Shown: positions 1 through 9,307, counted from the stretch's first letter. The stretch is 64,000 nt of DNA from an uncultured Verrucomicrobiae bacterium (GCA_963765205.1 CAVXVB010000007.1:160001-224000), one strand, 5' to 3'. Numbers and translations are program-made. Notes: generated by a model from the letters alone, not told the origin.

Positions 1-152
1 GACAAACATCAAATCCCCTCCGCTCATCATTCTCAGCGCCCCAGTGCCTCAGCCCCTTTGCTCCTCTGCTCCCTCCTTCGTCCCGTGTGGCGGGACTGCG
101 GAGGGCAAGCCTTTCCCTTTGCCTTCGCCGCCTGTCCTGCTAACTTCTGCAA

Positions 153-1250
153 ATGGCCGATGACGCGCTCTCCATCCTGCAAACGGCGAGGAAACCCGCC
201 TATGCCGTCAGCCCGCCGTTGCGCGATTACCTCGAACGCTGGGGGCGCGAGGCGCAGTTGCCCGTCACTTACAAGGACCTGACGGGCTTTTCCGAGGGTG
301 CGCCGCTGCTCGACCATGCCGGGCGTGACACGCTGTGGGAGTCTGTCATATACCCGCGCGAGCAGATGGCCGCGCTGCACCAGGGCCTCAAGGAGATTTA
401 CGCCCTGATGCAGGCCGAGGGCAGCATCTCCGTCATGGACCATTTGTATGTGGACCGGATTGACTACTGCACCTTCGGCAACAGCAACCCGTTCCGCGTG
501 CGCATCGTCAATTCCTATAACGACAACTTCGACCATTTCTACGTGAAGAAGGCCGACGCTTCGCGCGTGTATGGGCTGGAGCTCGAGCATTTGCTCTCGC
601 CCAACCGGCTGCATTTCCTCACCAGCGGCGGGACGCTCGTCGAGGAGCACCTGGCGGGGATTCCCGGCGACGTGTTCATTGAGCGCTGGCTGCACGACCC
701 GCACGTGTCGTCGGTGCGCCTGGCGAAGGAACTGGTCAAATTCAACGAGCGGTGCTTTGTGCGGCTGCTGGGCGACATGCGCGCGTATAACTTCGTCGTC
801 GTGCTGGTGCCGGACTTCGAGGGCGTGCAGGTGCGCATCCGCGCGATGGACTTCGACCAGCAGTCGTATAACGGCCGCCTGCGCTTTTACCTGCCGCAGT
901 TTTTCAAGGATAACTTCGCGCTGGTCGAGTATTGCCAGAAGCGGCTCAACCCGCAGACGGCGCGGCAATACCGGCGCGAGGAGCAGGCCCTCATCTTCCG
1001 CCGCGCGGAGACGGAGCGCGCGCGCATCGGGCAGCTTCTCGCCGCGATGGAACACACGGAGCTGGCCCCGCCGGAGAAAGTCGCGCAGCTCGGGGCCGAA
1101 CTGGCCGAGCACCACCAGGACGGCCGCTTTGCGCAGGCGGCCTCGATGGGCGACCTGGTGCGCGAAAACCTCGCCCTCATGTGCAAGCAGTTCGCCGAGC
1201 ATAGCGGCCACACCGGGCCGAACCCCTTTGCGGCGGAGGCGGAGAAGTAA
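153..1250 (+). CDS. Conserved hypothetical protein, probable atypical kinase (PI3/PI4-kinase/HipA-like fold)
   Basis: 365-aa ORF with normal protein-like composition. FYVKK (putative ATP-binding Lys), LLGDMRAYN (resembles the LGDRHxxN catalytic loop) and MDFD (DFG-like) occur in kinase order. The fold call is inference. Confidence 0.6.
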   Translation: MADDALSILQTARKPAYAVSPPLRDYLERWGREAQLPVTYKDLTGFSEGAPLLDHAGRDTLWESVIYPREQMAALHQGLKEIYALMQAEGSISVMDHLYVDRIDYCTFGNSNPFRVRIVNSYNDNFDHFYVKKADASRVYGLELEHLLSPNRLHFLTSGGTLVEEHLAGIPGDVFIERWLHDPHVSSVRLAKELVKFNERCFVRLLGDMRAYNFVVVLVPDFEGVQVRIRAMDFDQQSYNGRLRFYLPQFFKDNFALVEYCQKRLNPQTARQYRREEQALIFRRAETERARIGQLLAAMEHTELAPPEKVAQLGAELAEHHQDGRFAQAASMGDLVRENLALMCKQFAEHSGHTGPNPFAAEAEK

Positions 1251-1336
1251 GGGACAAAGGGACAAGGGGAAACAATCGAGACCCGGCTTACAGGAATTTC
1301 AGCATTCAGAATTTAGCAATCAGAAACCTCACCCGC

Positions 1337-2869
1337 TTACCTCCCCACTCCCGCGCAGCGGGCCATTTCGAGGGCGAGCCAGTGGGCTTCGTGCGCGTCG
1401 GGGATTTCGTCGCCGGCCGTCACCAAGCCGCCGTTTTGCCGGATGATTTGGATATTATACAATACGATGTTGTTATAAGTCTCGCCGTGAACGATGTTGA
1501 TTTCACGGATGTCCGACGCCGCCAGCGTGCGCGTGCGCCCCACCCCGCCAAGATGCTTGGCCAGGGTGAGGCCGTCGCGCCCGGCGACCACGCGGGTTGT
1601 CGCCAACCATTCGTGCAGCGTCCACAACACCAGGATGACAGCAAAGAAACCAAACACGACGGGAAAGAGCAACGGCGCGTGGTGATCAATTAAAAACCAA
1701 ACGACGCCGCTCCAGAACAGGGTGAAAAACGCCAGGAAGACCGCCGCGCCGCGGTTGCGAAACGCGGGGAAATAGAATTCCTTGCCGGCATCGGTGTCCC
1801 GCACGCGGATGCGCGAATGGGCGGGTTGCTGGAAATGGGCTTCATCGTCGCTGCCAACGAAGGGCACCGGGCGCGCCGGATCCGGCATGCCCATGGCGAG
1901 GCGCGCCTGCGCCAGCGAGGACGATTCCGAAGGCGGGCGCGGCGGGATGGGCGCAGGAGCCGAGCGCGGCGCGGCCACGACGGGGACTTCAAATTCCGCC
2001 GCGTAATCCACGCCGGGCAATTTTGCGGTGGCGTGCAGCCGCCAGAAGGTCCGGTTGTCCTTGTCGGTGGTGTCGGTGGCTTCCGCGTCCCTCGGCAGCG
2101 TAAATGCCACGGGAATGACATCGCCGAGGCTGGCATCCACCTGCTTTTCTTCCTGCCACAGAATCTCCTCCTCGACATGGCGGCCTTTGCCCGTGCCGGT
2201 GACGAGGTGATGGATGTTCGAGAGCTTGAGCGCAAAGCCCGCCGCCGGCTGGAGGGCATGGCTCAAGACAATGTTGGCCGTGAGCGGGCCGCCCAGCGCC
2301 GCCGGGGCGTCCTTCATTTCCAAAACGGATTCGCCGAATTTGAGGCGCCGCAACGTCCGGTAAGCGGGCACCGCTGCCACGGCCGCGCCGGCCACCCCCA
2401 ACGCCAACGGAAAAATCAGCATGACCGGGTTGTGGTCAAAATCGCGGACGAGCACCGCCTGGCGCGGGTCTTGCGGGTTGACGTAACAGACGGACAGTGT
2501 GCCGGGCTTGAACCGGCTCATCCCCGCCGCCCACCAATTATAGTCGCTCGTCGAACCCACCGTGAAATCGTAGTCGTTGGACTGGTAGGTGCGGTCTCCG
2601 ACCAGGTAAGCATAAGCCAGTGTCAGACTGTAAGTGGTGGAGGTGCTGCCGTGCGAGCCGTGGCTGACGTGGGTGGTGATCTGGCATTGGAGAATCCGGC
2701 AGGGAACTTGCGTCCACGCCTGCGCGGCGCGGCTTTGCTGCAACGGGCGCAGGTAGAAAAAATAATTGAGCACCACGCCGCCCGCCAACAACAGGGTGGC
2801 AATCAGCCCCAGCCCGACAATGGCGGCGCGGCGATCCAGCGAGGAGGGTATTTTGAGCGGTGCGCCCAT
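1337..2869 (-). CDS. DUF3592-like membrane protein
   Basis: 510 aa. An N-terminal TM helix is followed by W.QVPCRI...YAYLVGDRTYQS...VCYVNPQDPRQAVL (DUF3592 pattern) and a second TM, then a soluble beta domain and a C-terminal TM pair. Confidence 0.7.
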   Translation of the reverse strand: MGAPLKIPSSLDRRAAIVGLGLIATLLLAGGVVLNYFFYLRPLQQSRAAQAWTQVPCRILQCQITTHVSHGSHGSTSTTYSLTLAYAYLVGDRTYQSNDYDFTVGSTSDYNWWAAGMSRFKPGTLSVCYVNPQDPRQAVLVRDFDHNPVMLIFPLALGVAGAAVAAVPAYRTLRRLKFGESVLEMKDAPAALGGPLTANIVLSHALQPAAGFALKLSNIHHLVTGTGKGRHVEEEILWQEEKQVDASLGDVIPVAFTLPRDAEATDTTDKDNRTFWRLHATAKLPGVDYAAEFEVPVVAAPRSAPAPIPPRPPSESSSLAQARLAMGMPDPARPVPFVGSDDEAHFQQPAHSRIRVRDTDAGKEFYFPAFRNRGAAVFLAFFTLFWSGVVWFLIDHHAPLLFPVVFGFFAVILVLWTLHEWLATTRVVAGRDGLTLAKHLGGVGRTRTLAASDIREINIVHGETYNNIVLYNIQIIRQNGGLVTAGDEIPDAHEAHWLALEMARCAGVGR

Positions 2870-3134
2870 CCCTGCCGATTAACGCGCCGCGCCGGAAAAT
2901 GCCAGCCCGCAATTTGTAAAGCAATGGCTTCGCTACACAGACGGGCAGCTCCTTGCGCTGCGCCAGGTGCCCTCCATGTTGGCTTTCCCCGCCCGGTCTC
3001 CCTGGGCAAACTCATCCGCACTCATCGCCATGGCCAAAAACCTTATCGCGTCCTGCAAATCTAGGTAAAAAGGTGCAGCCTGACCTCTGCTATGAGCCCC
3101 TGCTATGAGCCCTGCGCTGAGGCGTCTCCTTTAA

Positions 3135-3218
3135 GCGTCGCGACGCGACGCGGGGAACGCCAACCAGGTTCCGTGGACTGAAGTCCACGGCTAGGTTCGG
3201 AGCCTCGCTCTGCGAGGC
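3135..3218. repeat. REP-like triple-hairpin element
   Basis: Three palindromes: GCGTCGC-gac-GCGACGC (3135-3151), CCGTGGACT-ga-AGTCCACGG (3171-3190) and GCCTCGC-tct-GCGAGGC (3202-3218). They are preceded by a 13-bp tandem repeat CTGCTATGAGCCC x2 (3087-3112). Confidence 0.65.
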
Positions 3219-3516
3219 CAAGTCACCATCCAAAAATTGAGCTGCACCCTGTGTTTCCTGCGCCCGCCCTTTTAACTCGCCCAACCTCCTCCCATCTGGG
3301 CCAAGTCATTTGGATTCATCGCCAAACCCCAAAACTTCATCGCATCCTCCACATACTCAAGTAATAAGGTGAGGCCTAATCTGTATGGGACGTCCCTGTA
3401 TTACGCGCAAAATTTACAAGTTATTTACCTAGAAAAGAAAAATGAGGATTTGCCCCCAGAAGAAAAAGGCATTAGATTGAGAGTATTCAAAAAACCCTTT
3501 CAATTGCACCACTGTC

Positions 3517-5550
3517 ATGAAAATCGTCCAAGCTCTTCGTCGGTTCTCCTCGATTCGCCCCGTGTTTGCCGCGGTGGCGGCACTCTCTGCGCTCCTTGCC
3601 GCCCCCGCCGCCTTCGCCGGCACTTCCGGTGGCGCCGGGGCGGTGACCTACAATATTCCTGAACAGATTGAGCAGGGCAATATGCCCTATACGGCGTCAT
3701 ATACGCTGATCATCACGTCGCCTGAGTATCTGCCCGCGGGCAATTACTCCGTTACCCTCAATTTGACCCTCCTGTCCGCGCCCACTGGGGTAACCACCTC
3801 CCAGGCCTTGAGCTTTGTCACCATCTCTTCGAACACGTCGTTGCTGGGCGGTCTGTTGGGCAATATCACCAATCTTCTGGGCCCGATTGTCGGCGCCACC
3901 CAAACCGGCGCGGCCACGATTGGCTTCACCGGCCCCAGCCAGCAGGTGGCGGTCACCGTGACGACGACCATCCCCGCGGGCAATTGGGCGGGCAGTTTTG
4001 GCTATGGAATTCAGACCAGCGGCTGGGCGAGCTCCTTGGGCGTTACCGACCAGGGTTGCACGATCAATGACACTGTGGCGCTGCCGCCGGGCTTGCTGGG
4101 CTTGCCCAGCGTCACCATCCTGGCCCCGATCAATAACACCCAATATGCCTTGCAGGCCGGCTCTTATGAATATGTGGCGGGGAATTCGACGGAGGTGGAC
4201 ACAGTCGAGAACGTCGAATATTCGACAGAAAATGGTTTTTTTGAGTATGTGCCGAGTGCCGGCAGTAATATCTCCATTGCGTATAATTTCACGGGAAACA
4301 CCTCGGATGGTTCACCTTTGATTGCCATGAATGGCACCGTCAACGGCATCAGCCTGGGCGTGGTGCCCACTGGCCTCAATGAGGCCAACACCACCGCGAC
4401 CGCGAAGGGGACCTTCAGCGTGTCCGAACCTGGCATTTATACGGTGACGGCGACGGACGCGAATGCCAATGGCGTGGATTCCCAATCGGTGGAGTTGGGC
4501 GTAAACATCAAAGCGGGCCCGCCGAGCGTGGTGATTGACACCCCGGCCGCCAATTCCACCTACACCTTGACGGGCAATTCCATTTCCGTGCCCTTGACGT
4601 TTACCGGCTTCAGCGAATACGGCGGCGTCACCGAATTGTCGGCGACGCTGGATGGCACTCCCATCTCCGTCTCTACAGGTGACTTGGGCAACAATACGGG
4701 TCCGGGCGGCAGCGGCACGTCCTTGGGCACGGGAACGCTGCCTTTGACCAGCGTCGGCCTCCATACCTTGGCCGTTACCGCGACGGACGACTTCGGTTCC
4801 ACGACCGCTTCGGAGCCCATCAATGTCATTCCGGGCAGTGTCATCAATCTCGGCGACGCCGCCGGCTTTTCCGTTTTGGTTTACAACGCCAGCAATAACT
4901 CGGACTCCGCCTATCAGTGCGGCTCGATTGGGGTGGTCAAGGGGAATTGGGCGCAAAGTGGCGGCCAGCAAACGAATGCCCAGGATGAGACGACCGTTTA
5001 TTTGAGCCCCGGCTATACCAGCAGCGGGCCTGCAGTGGAGACTACGGTCATTGATGGCACATTGCTGAATTCAGCGTGGACCGCGGCGGTGAATGAATCT
5101 GCCACGCTGGCGGCGATGACTCCCACCCAAACGTTTGGGAGCATTAACTTGAACAACTCGAATTTGACCATAACCGAAACGGTCGTTGGCACCTATGTGT
5201 TTGATTTTACCAATATCAGCCTGAATCACCCCGCGTCCCTGGTGTTGAATGCCCCCGCGGGAAGCACTGTGATCGTGAATATCTCCGGCTCGGTGCAGTT
5301 AAACGGCTCCTCCAATGGTGGCTGGATGGTGATTGGGGGCGGGCTGACGAGCACCAATGTCATCTATAACTTTACTGGCACCGGCAGCGTGCTGCACACG
5401 GCCGGCGGCGGCAACGGATCCGTTATCCAAGGCATTGTCCTGGCGCCCAATGGCCAGGTGCAATTGGATCCAGGCGAGGTGGAGGGTGAAGTCATCGCGA
5501 ACACGTTTTCGACTTCTTCGGGCACCCTCGTGCAGGCGCCTTGTCAATAA
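3517..5550 (+). CDS. Secreted protein with Ig-like domains and a C-terminal choice-of-anchor A / ice-binding-like beta-solenoid
   Basis: Signal peptide ends ...LLAAPAAFA. Two PSV.I..P..N..Y Ig-like repeats follow. The C-terminal domain has INLGDAAGFSVL, LNAPAGSTVIVNISG, NVIYNF and IQGIVLAPNGQV. Confidence 0.7.
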   Translation: MKIVQALRRFSSIRPVFAAVAALSALLAAPAAFAGTSGGAGAVTYNIPEQIEQGNMPYTASYTLIITSPEYLPAGNYSVTLNLTLLSAPTGVTTSQALSFVTISSNTSLLGGLLGNITNLLGPIVGATQTGAATIGFTGPSQQVAVTVTTTIPAGNWAGSFGYGIQTSGWASSLGVTDQGCTINDTVALPPGLLGLPSVTILAPINNTQYALQAGSYEYVAGNSTEVDTVENVEYSTENGFFEYVPSAGSNISIAYNFTGNTSDGSPLIAMNGTVNGISLGVVPTGLNEANTTATAKGTFSVSEPGIYTVTATDANANGVDSQSVELGVNIKAGPPSVVIDTPAANSTYTLTGNSISVPLTFTGFSEYGGVTELSATLDGTPISVSTGDLGNNTGPGGSGTSLGTGTLPLTSVGLHTLAVTATDDFGSTTASEPINVIPGSVINLGDAAGFSVLVYNASNNSDSAYQCGSIGVVKGNWAQSGGQQTNAQDETTVYLSPGYTSSGPAVETTVIDGTLLNSAWTAAVNESATLAAMTPTQTFGSINLNNSNLTITETVVGTYVFDFTNISLNHPASLVLNAPAGSTVIVNISGSVQLNGSSNGGWMVIGGGLTSTNVIYNFTGTGSVLHTAGGGNGSVIQGIVLAPNGQVQLDPGEVEGEVIANTFSTSSGTLVQAPCQ

Positions 5551-5696
5551 TGTTGTCCTCGAGGCAAACCTTCCGCTAATCCTCCGGCCTCTTGCACCCC
5601 CCTGCCAATTACCGTTGACACTTGGGCCGGCACCGGGTTTGATATCCGGTTTTCCCCCGGCCCTTCCGGGCTGGTTCACATCCTCATCCACTGGTC

Positions 5697-6020
5697 ATGG
5701 CCCTCAAAATCCGTCTGCAACGTCACGGCGCCAAAGGCGCGCCCATCTTCCGCCTGGTCGTCTGCGAGCACACCACCCGCCGCGACGGGCGGTTCATCGA
5801 GATTTTGGGCACCTACCACCCCTCGCCCACCGGCCAGGACACCAAGCACCCGCTGACCGTGCGCCTCGACCGCGTGGACCATTGGATGAAGGTCGGCGCC
5901 AAACCGTCGGACACCGTCTGGACATTGATCAAGAAAGCCCGCAAAGGCCTGGCGGAAGCGCAGGCGGCCGCGCCCGTGGAAGCCGTGGTGGCGGCGGTCG
6001 GTGTTTCGGCTACGACGTAA
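5697..6020 (+). CDS. rpsP: 30S ribosomal protein S16
   Basis: MALKIRLQRHGAKGAPIFRLVV...RRDGRFIEILGTYHP...GAKPSDTV. Confidence 0.97.
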   Translation: MALKIRLQRHGAKGAPIFRLVVCEHTTRRDGRFIEILGTYHPSPTGQDTKHPLTVRLDRVDHWMKVGAKPSDTVWTLIKKARKGLAEAQAAAPVEAVVAAVGVSATT

Positions 6021-6033
6021 CCCAGGATAGCCC

Positions 6034-6159
6034 AAGGATGAAGGATGAGGGATGAAGGATGAGAAGAACGGCGGCACGCAGGTTTGATGCTGCACAATTA
6101 TTTTTGCGTTAATCCCCGCTTTCCCGGGTTGGTTTTTTGGATTTCATCCTTCATCCTTT
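6034..6159. repeat. Inverted heptamer-repeat pair (AAGGATG)n / (CATCCTT)n
   Basis: Left arm 6034-6062 and complementary right arm 6142-6159 lie in the rpsP-trmD spacer. Confidence 0.8.
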
Positions 6160-6167
6160 TCGTAGTC

Positions 6168-6860
6168 GTGTCCGCCCGTCTTTCCATTGACCTGCTGACC
6201 CTCTTCCCCGGCATGGTCGAGGGGTTTTTGCGCGAGAGCATCGTCGGGCGCGCGCAGGAACAGGGATTGATCGCCGTGCGGGTGCATAATTTGCGCGACT
6301 GGGCCACCGACAAGCACCACACCACGGACGACCGCCCGTTCGGCGGGGGCGCGGGCATGGTGCTCAAGCCGGAGCCGGTTGCCGCAGCCATCGAAGCCGT
6401 CGCCACGCCTGGCTGCATGGTCATTTACCTTTGCCCTGATGGCGAGATGCTGAGCACCGGCCTCGCGCGCGAATTGGCGGGTGCGGGGCACCTCGTCCTC
6501 ATCAGCGGCCATTACGAAGGCCTGGATCAGCGCGTGCGCGATTTGCTGGTCCATCGCGAAGTCTCCATCGGCGACTACGTTCTGACCAACGGCACCCTGC
6601 CCGCCGCGGTCCTGATTGACTGCGTGGCGCGCCAGGTGCCCGGCGTGCTCGGCGAGGAATTGTCCTTGACCCAGGATTCCTTTCACGGCAGTTTGCTCGG
6701 TTTCCCACAATACACGCGGCCTGTTGAGTTCCGTGGCCGGCGGGTGCCCGAGGTTTTGCTCTCTGGCAACCATGCCGCCATCGCCCAGTGGCGCCGCGAA
6801 CAACAAACCGAAAAAACCCGCCAGCGCCGCCCGGACCTGCACAACCAAATTAAGAAGTAA
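6168..6860 (+). CDS. trmD: tRNA (guanine-N1)-methyltransferase TrmD
   Basis: IDLLTLFP, DDRPFGGGAGMVLKPEP, SGHYEGLDQR, SIGDYVLTNG, PQYTRP and LLSGNH are present. GTG at 6168 was chosen as start because the upstream in-frame extension is repeat-derived. Confidence 0.96.
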   Translation: MSARLSIDLLTLFPGMVEGFLRESIVGRAQEQGLIAVRVHNLRDWATDKHHTTDDRPFGGGAGMVLKPEPVAAAIEAVATPGCMVIYLCPDGEMLSTGLARELAGAGHLVLISGHYEGLDQRVRDLLVHREVSIGDYVLTNGTLPAAVLIDCVARQVPGVLGEELSLTQDSFHGSLLGFPQYTRPVEFRGRRVPEVLLSGNHAAIAQWRREQQTEKTRQRRPDLHNQIKK

Positions 6861-7037
6861 GATTTTAAGAAGTAAGATTTAAGAATTAAGAAATCAATCT
6901 CCGCCCCTTTCCTCTTTTATCTCCAGGTTTAGCCCTTCGTTCCCTTCATCTTTCTTCTTCGCCCTTCGCCCTTTCCCCCTTCACCCTATCGCCTCCTCTC
7001 TCTGACTTCTTAATTCTTCCTTCTTAATTCTTAATTT
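6847..7037. repeat. Inverted heptamer-repeat pair (AATTAAG)n / (CTTAATT)n
   Basis: The left arm (6847-6892) overlaps the trmD stop. The right arm (about 7006-7037) ends 3 nt before the rplS ATG. Confidence 0.8.
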
Positions 7038-7040
7038 CCC

Positions 7041-7553
7041 ATGAAACCCATCGTCATTGAAATCACCCGCGGGCAACTCCAGACCGGTCGCGACGTCTTT
7101 AAGGTCGGCGACGGCGTGCGCGTCCACACCAAAGTCAAGGAAGGCGACAAGGAGCGCGTCCAGATTTTCAGCGGCATCGTCATTGCGCGCAAGGGGCGCG
7201 GCGTGGCCGAGACCTTCACGGTGCGGCGCATTTCCTACGGTGAAGGCGTCGAGCGCGTCTTCCCGGTGCACGCCCCGACCATCGCCAAGATTGAAGTCGA
7301 GCGCGACGCCGTGACGCAAAAGGCCCGCCTCTATTATCTGCGCAAGCGCATTGGCAAGCAGGCGACGAGCGTCAAGGAACGCCGACTGCTTGAAGCCGCG
7401 GGCGCGATTGACGCGACGAGTTCGCCGGAAGCCGGCCTCGCCGCCGCCGAAGCCAAAGCCGAAGCGGCCGCCAAAGCGGAAGCCGAGGCCGCCGCGAAGG
7501 CGGAGGCCAAAGCCAAAAAGGCCAAGGAAGCGGAAGCCGCCGCAGTGAAGTAG
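7041..7553 (+). CDS. rplS: 50S ribosomal protein L19 with Ala/Glu/Lys-rich C-terminal extension
   Basis: FKVGDGVRVHTKVKEGDKERVQIFSG...TFTVRRISYGEGVERVFP...ARLYYLR. Confidence 0.97.
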   Translation: MKPIVIEITRGQLQTGRDVFKVGDGVRVHTKVKEGDKERVQIFSGIVIARKGRGVAETFTVRRISYGEGVERVFPVHAPTIAKIEVERDAVTQKARLYYLRKRIGKQATSVKERRLLEAAGAIDATSSPEAGLAAAEAKAEAAAKAEAEAAAKAEAKAKKAKEAEAAAVK

Positions 7554-7785
7554 CAGGGAGCAGGGAGGGCGGAAGAGATTCCTGAGTGCTGATTGCTGAA
7601 TTGAGGCAGTCGGCGTTTGTCCGCACTGTCTTCTCAAATCTGGAGCACCTCGACGATACGAACTTCTTTGACCGCGTGGTCGGTCCAGTAAGTGATGACC
7701 CAATCGTCCACCTGTAGATTTTGTAAAACACGTCCGGTATGGTCGGTGGTCGGGTAACCTCCAATCCGGTGCGGAGTCTCGGCTA

Positions 7786-8809
7786 GAGCATTTTCGATTT
7801 AGATAGACGCATATTGGGCATGACCAAAGAAGCCTTGGCAATGGGTGGAGGTGAAGGAGGCGAGGGCTGGAACCAAAGCGGTTTGGAGGTCCGTGAGGGT
7901 TCGTGCGGCGGCTTGCCGAAGATGGGCTTTGAGTTTGGCGAAGGCCTGTTCGATGGGGTTGAGATCGGGGCTATACGGCGGCAGATAGCGCACGCGGGCG
8001 CCGCGGGCGGCCAGCACCGCGGCGACGCTGGCCGTTTTGTGGGTGGCGAGGTTGTCGAGGATCACGGTGTCGCCCTCCCGCAATTCCGGGCCGAGCACTT
8101 GTTGGAGGTAGGCGGTGAACACGTCGGTGTCCACTGCGCCTTCGATCAGAAAAGGCGCAGTCACGGCGTCCACGCGCAACGCGGCGATAAAGGTGGAAGT
8201 GTGCCAGTGCCCGTGGGGCACGCGCCCGAGGCAACGCTGGCTGCGCGGGGCCCGCCCATACAGCCGCGCCATCTTGGTGTTCAAGCCGGTCTCGTCGATG
8301 AAGACCAACCGTCGGCTGTCCCAGCTGGGCTGATCCTGGCGCCACTGGTGCCGGGCCGCTTTAACGTCGGGTCGATCTTGCTCGGCGGCGCGCGTCGTTT
8401 TTTTTATAGCTCAAGCCCAGCCGCTCCAGCCGGTGCCACAGCGCGTTGAGGCCCAGCCGCACGCCGAGTTGCTCGCGGCAGCGCGTTTGCAGTTGCGCCA
8501 GCGTCAGGTCGGGCTGCGCCGCGATCCACGCCCGCACCTTGCGCTCATGCTCCGCCAGCCGGGAGCGGCGGCAGCCGCCGATTTGTTTCGGCGGCAGTGG
8601 CCCCGGCGGCGGTATTGGTTCCAGAAGCGTTCGGCGCTGCTGCGGCTGACCCCAAAACGGCGGCAGACCTCGCCCGTGCCTTCCCCGGCTTCGCGCGCCC
8701 GCACGATGCGCTGGCGCAAATCTTCCGAGAGTGGTTTCATGGTGGTGGCCTCCTTTTCCACCATTATACACCGCTTTCAGCAATACGTCTATTTAAATCG
8801 AAAATGCTC
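7786..8809 (-). mobile_element. IS630-family insertion sequence (about 1.02 kb)
   Basis: CTAGAGCATTTTCGATTTA(G/A)ATAGACG is inverted at 7783-7809 and 8786-8812 (1 mismatch in 27, target included). TA is duplicated within a CTAG target, and a DDE transposase lies inside. Confidence 0.95.
7799..8740 (-). CDS. IS630 transposase (orfA/orfB joined at an A8 slippery run; extra frameshift near 8590)
   Basis: MKPLSEDLRQRIV HTH start, QPDLTLAQL, LGLSYKK at the A8 run (8398-8405), then AAEQDRPDV...VFIDETG...ILDNL...YLPPYSPDLNPIEQAFAKLK. Confidence 0.9.
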
Positions 8810-8922
8810 TAGCAAGCGGCAGGCCTTGGCCACGCGTTTCTGTTGTCGGCGTGGGAGCCGGAACACGTATTCGCTCGCGGCTTCCGACAAAGCGTAAGTG
8901 TAACCCTCCGGCATGACGCGGG

Positions 8923-9126
8923 CTAGTTTTCGGTTAAACCAACCCGCTGTTCAAACTCCTGCTGGGTCATCTTATGGCCCGTGTCCATGCCGCGCATCCG
9001 CCGGCTCATTTCTTGCCGCCACTCCTCGTTGCGCTCCCGGCCCAGTTGCAGCAAAAACGCAGACAGTTCCCGGCGCTCCGCCTCCGGGAGTTCGATCGCC
9101 TCTCGCTTCATTTCCGCGACGGACAT
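8923..9126 (-). CDS. Putative antitoxin (addiction-module component type, 67 aa)
   Basis: MSVAEMKREAIELPEAERRELSAFL...EWRQEMSRRMRGMDTG matches the L..LP..ER..L...W..E..RR pattern and lies directly upstream of the RelE/ParE-like gene. Confidence 0.7.
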   Translation of the reverse strand: MSVAEMKREAIELPEAERRELSAFLLQLGRERNEEWRQEMSRRMRGMDTGHKMTQQEFEQRVGLTEN

Positions 9127-9307
9127 GGCTGCCAGCATGGGCCACAATTCACCCTTTGACAAGCCATTCCTTCGCCGATGCGCATGGCAAACGGTTCCTG
9201 AAATAATCACCTATTAAAAAAGGCCGCGAGCCTTGGTGGTTGGGCTTGTGGCGGGCGGGTTTTTTGCCTAAACGTCACGGGCAGGCCGTCCCGCTCGCGC
9301 CCCCCCC

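Larger units (their letters stand above)
7634..8914 (-). pseudogene. RelE/ParE-like toxin gene (84 aa when rejoined) interrupted by IS630
   Basis: The 5' part 8914-8810 (MPEGYTYALSEAASEYVFRLPRRQQKRVAKACRLL) joins in frame across the CTAG target to the 3' part 7783-7634 (AETPHRIGGYPTTDHTGRVLQNLQVDDWVITYWTDHAVKEVRIVEVLQI*). It starts 8 nt after the stop of an antitoxin-like gene. Confidence 0.8.

Noticed and set aside
6020..6168. Missing rimM between rpsP and trmD
   Set aside because: The rpsP-trmD-rplS order without rimM is known in PVC-group bacteria, so it is not novel.
7385..7553. Ala/Glu/Lys-rich L19 tail as a novel domain
   Set aside because: Low-complexity extensions on ribosomal proteins are common.
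9216..9265. Hairpin flanked by A6 and T6 as a terminator
   Set aside because: It lies between divergent gene starts, the stem is imperfect and the T run is displaced from the stem, so function is unsupported.
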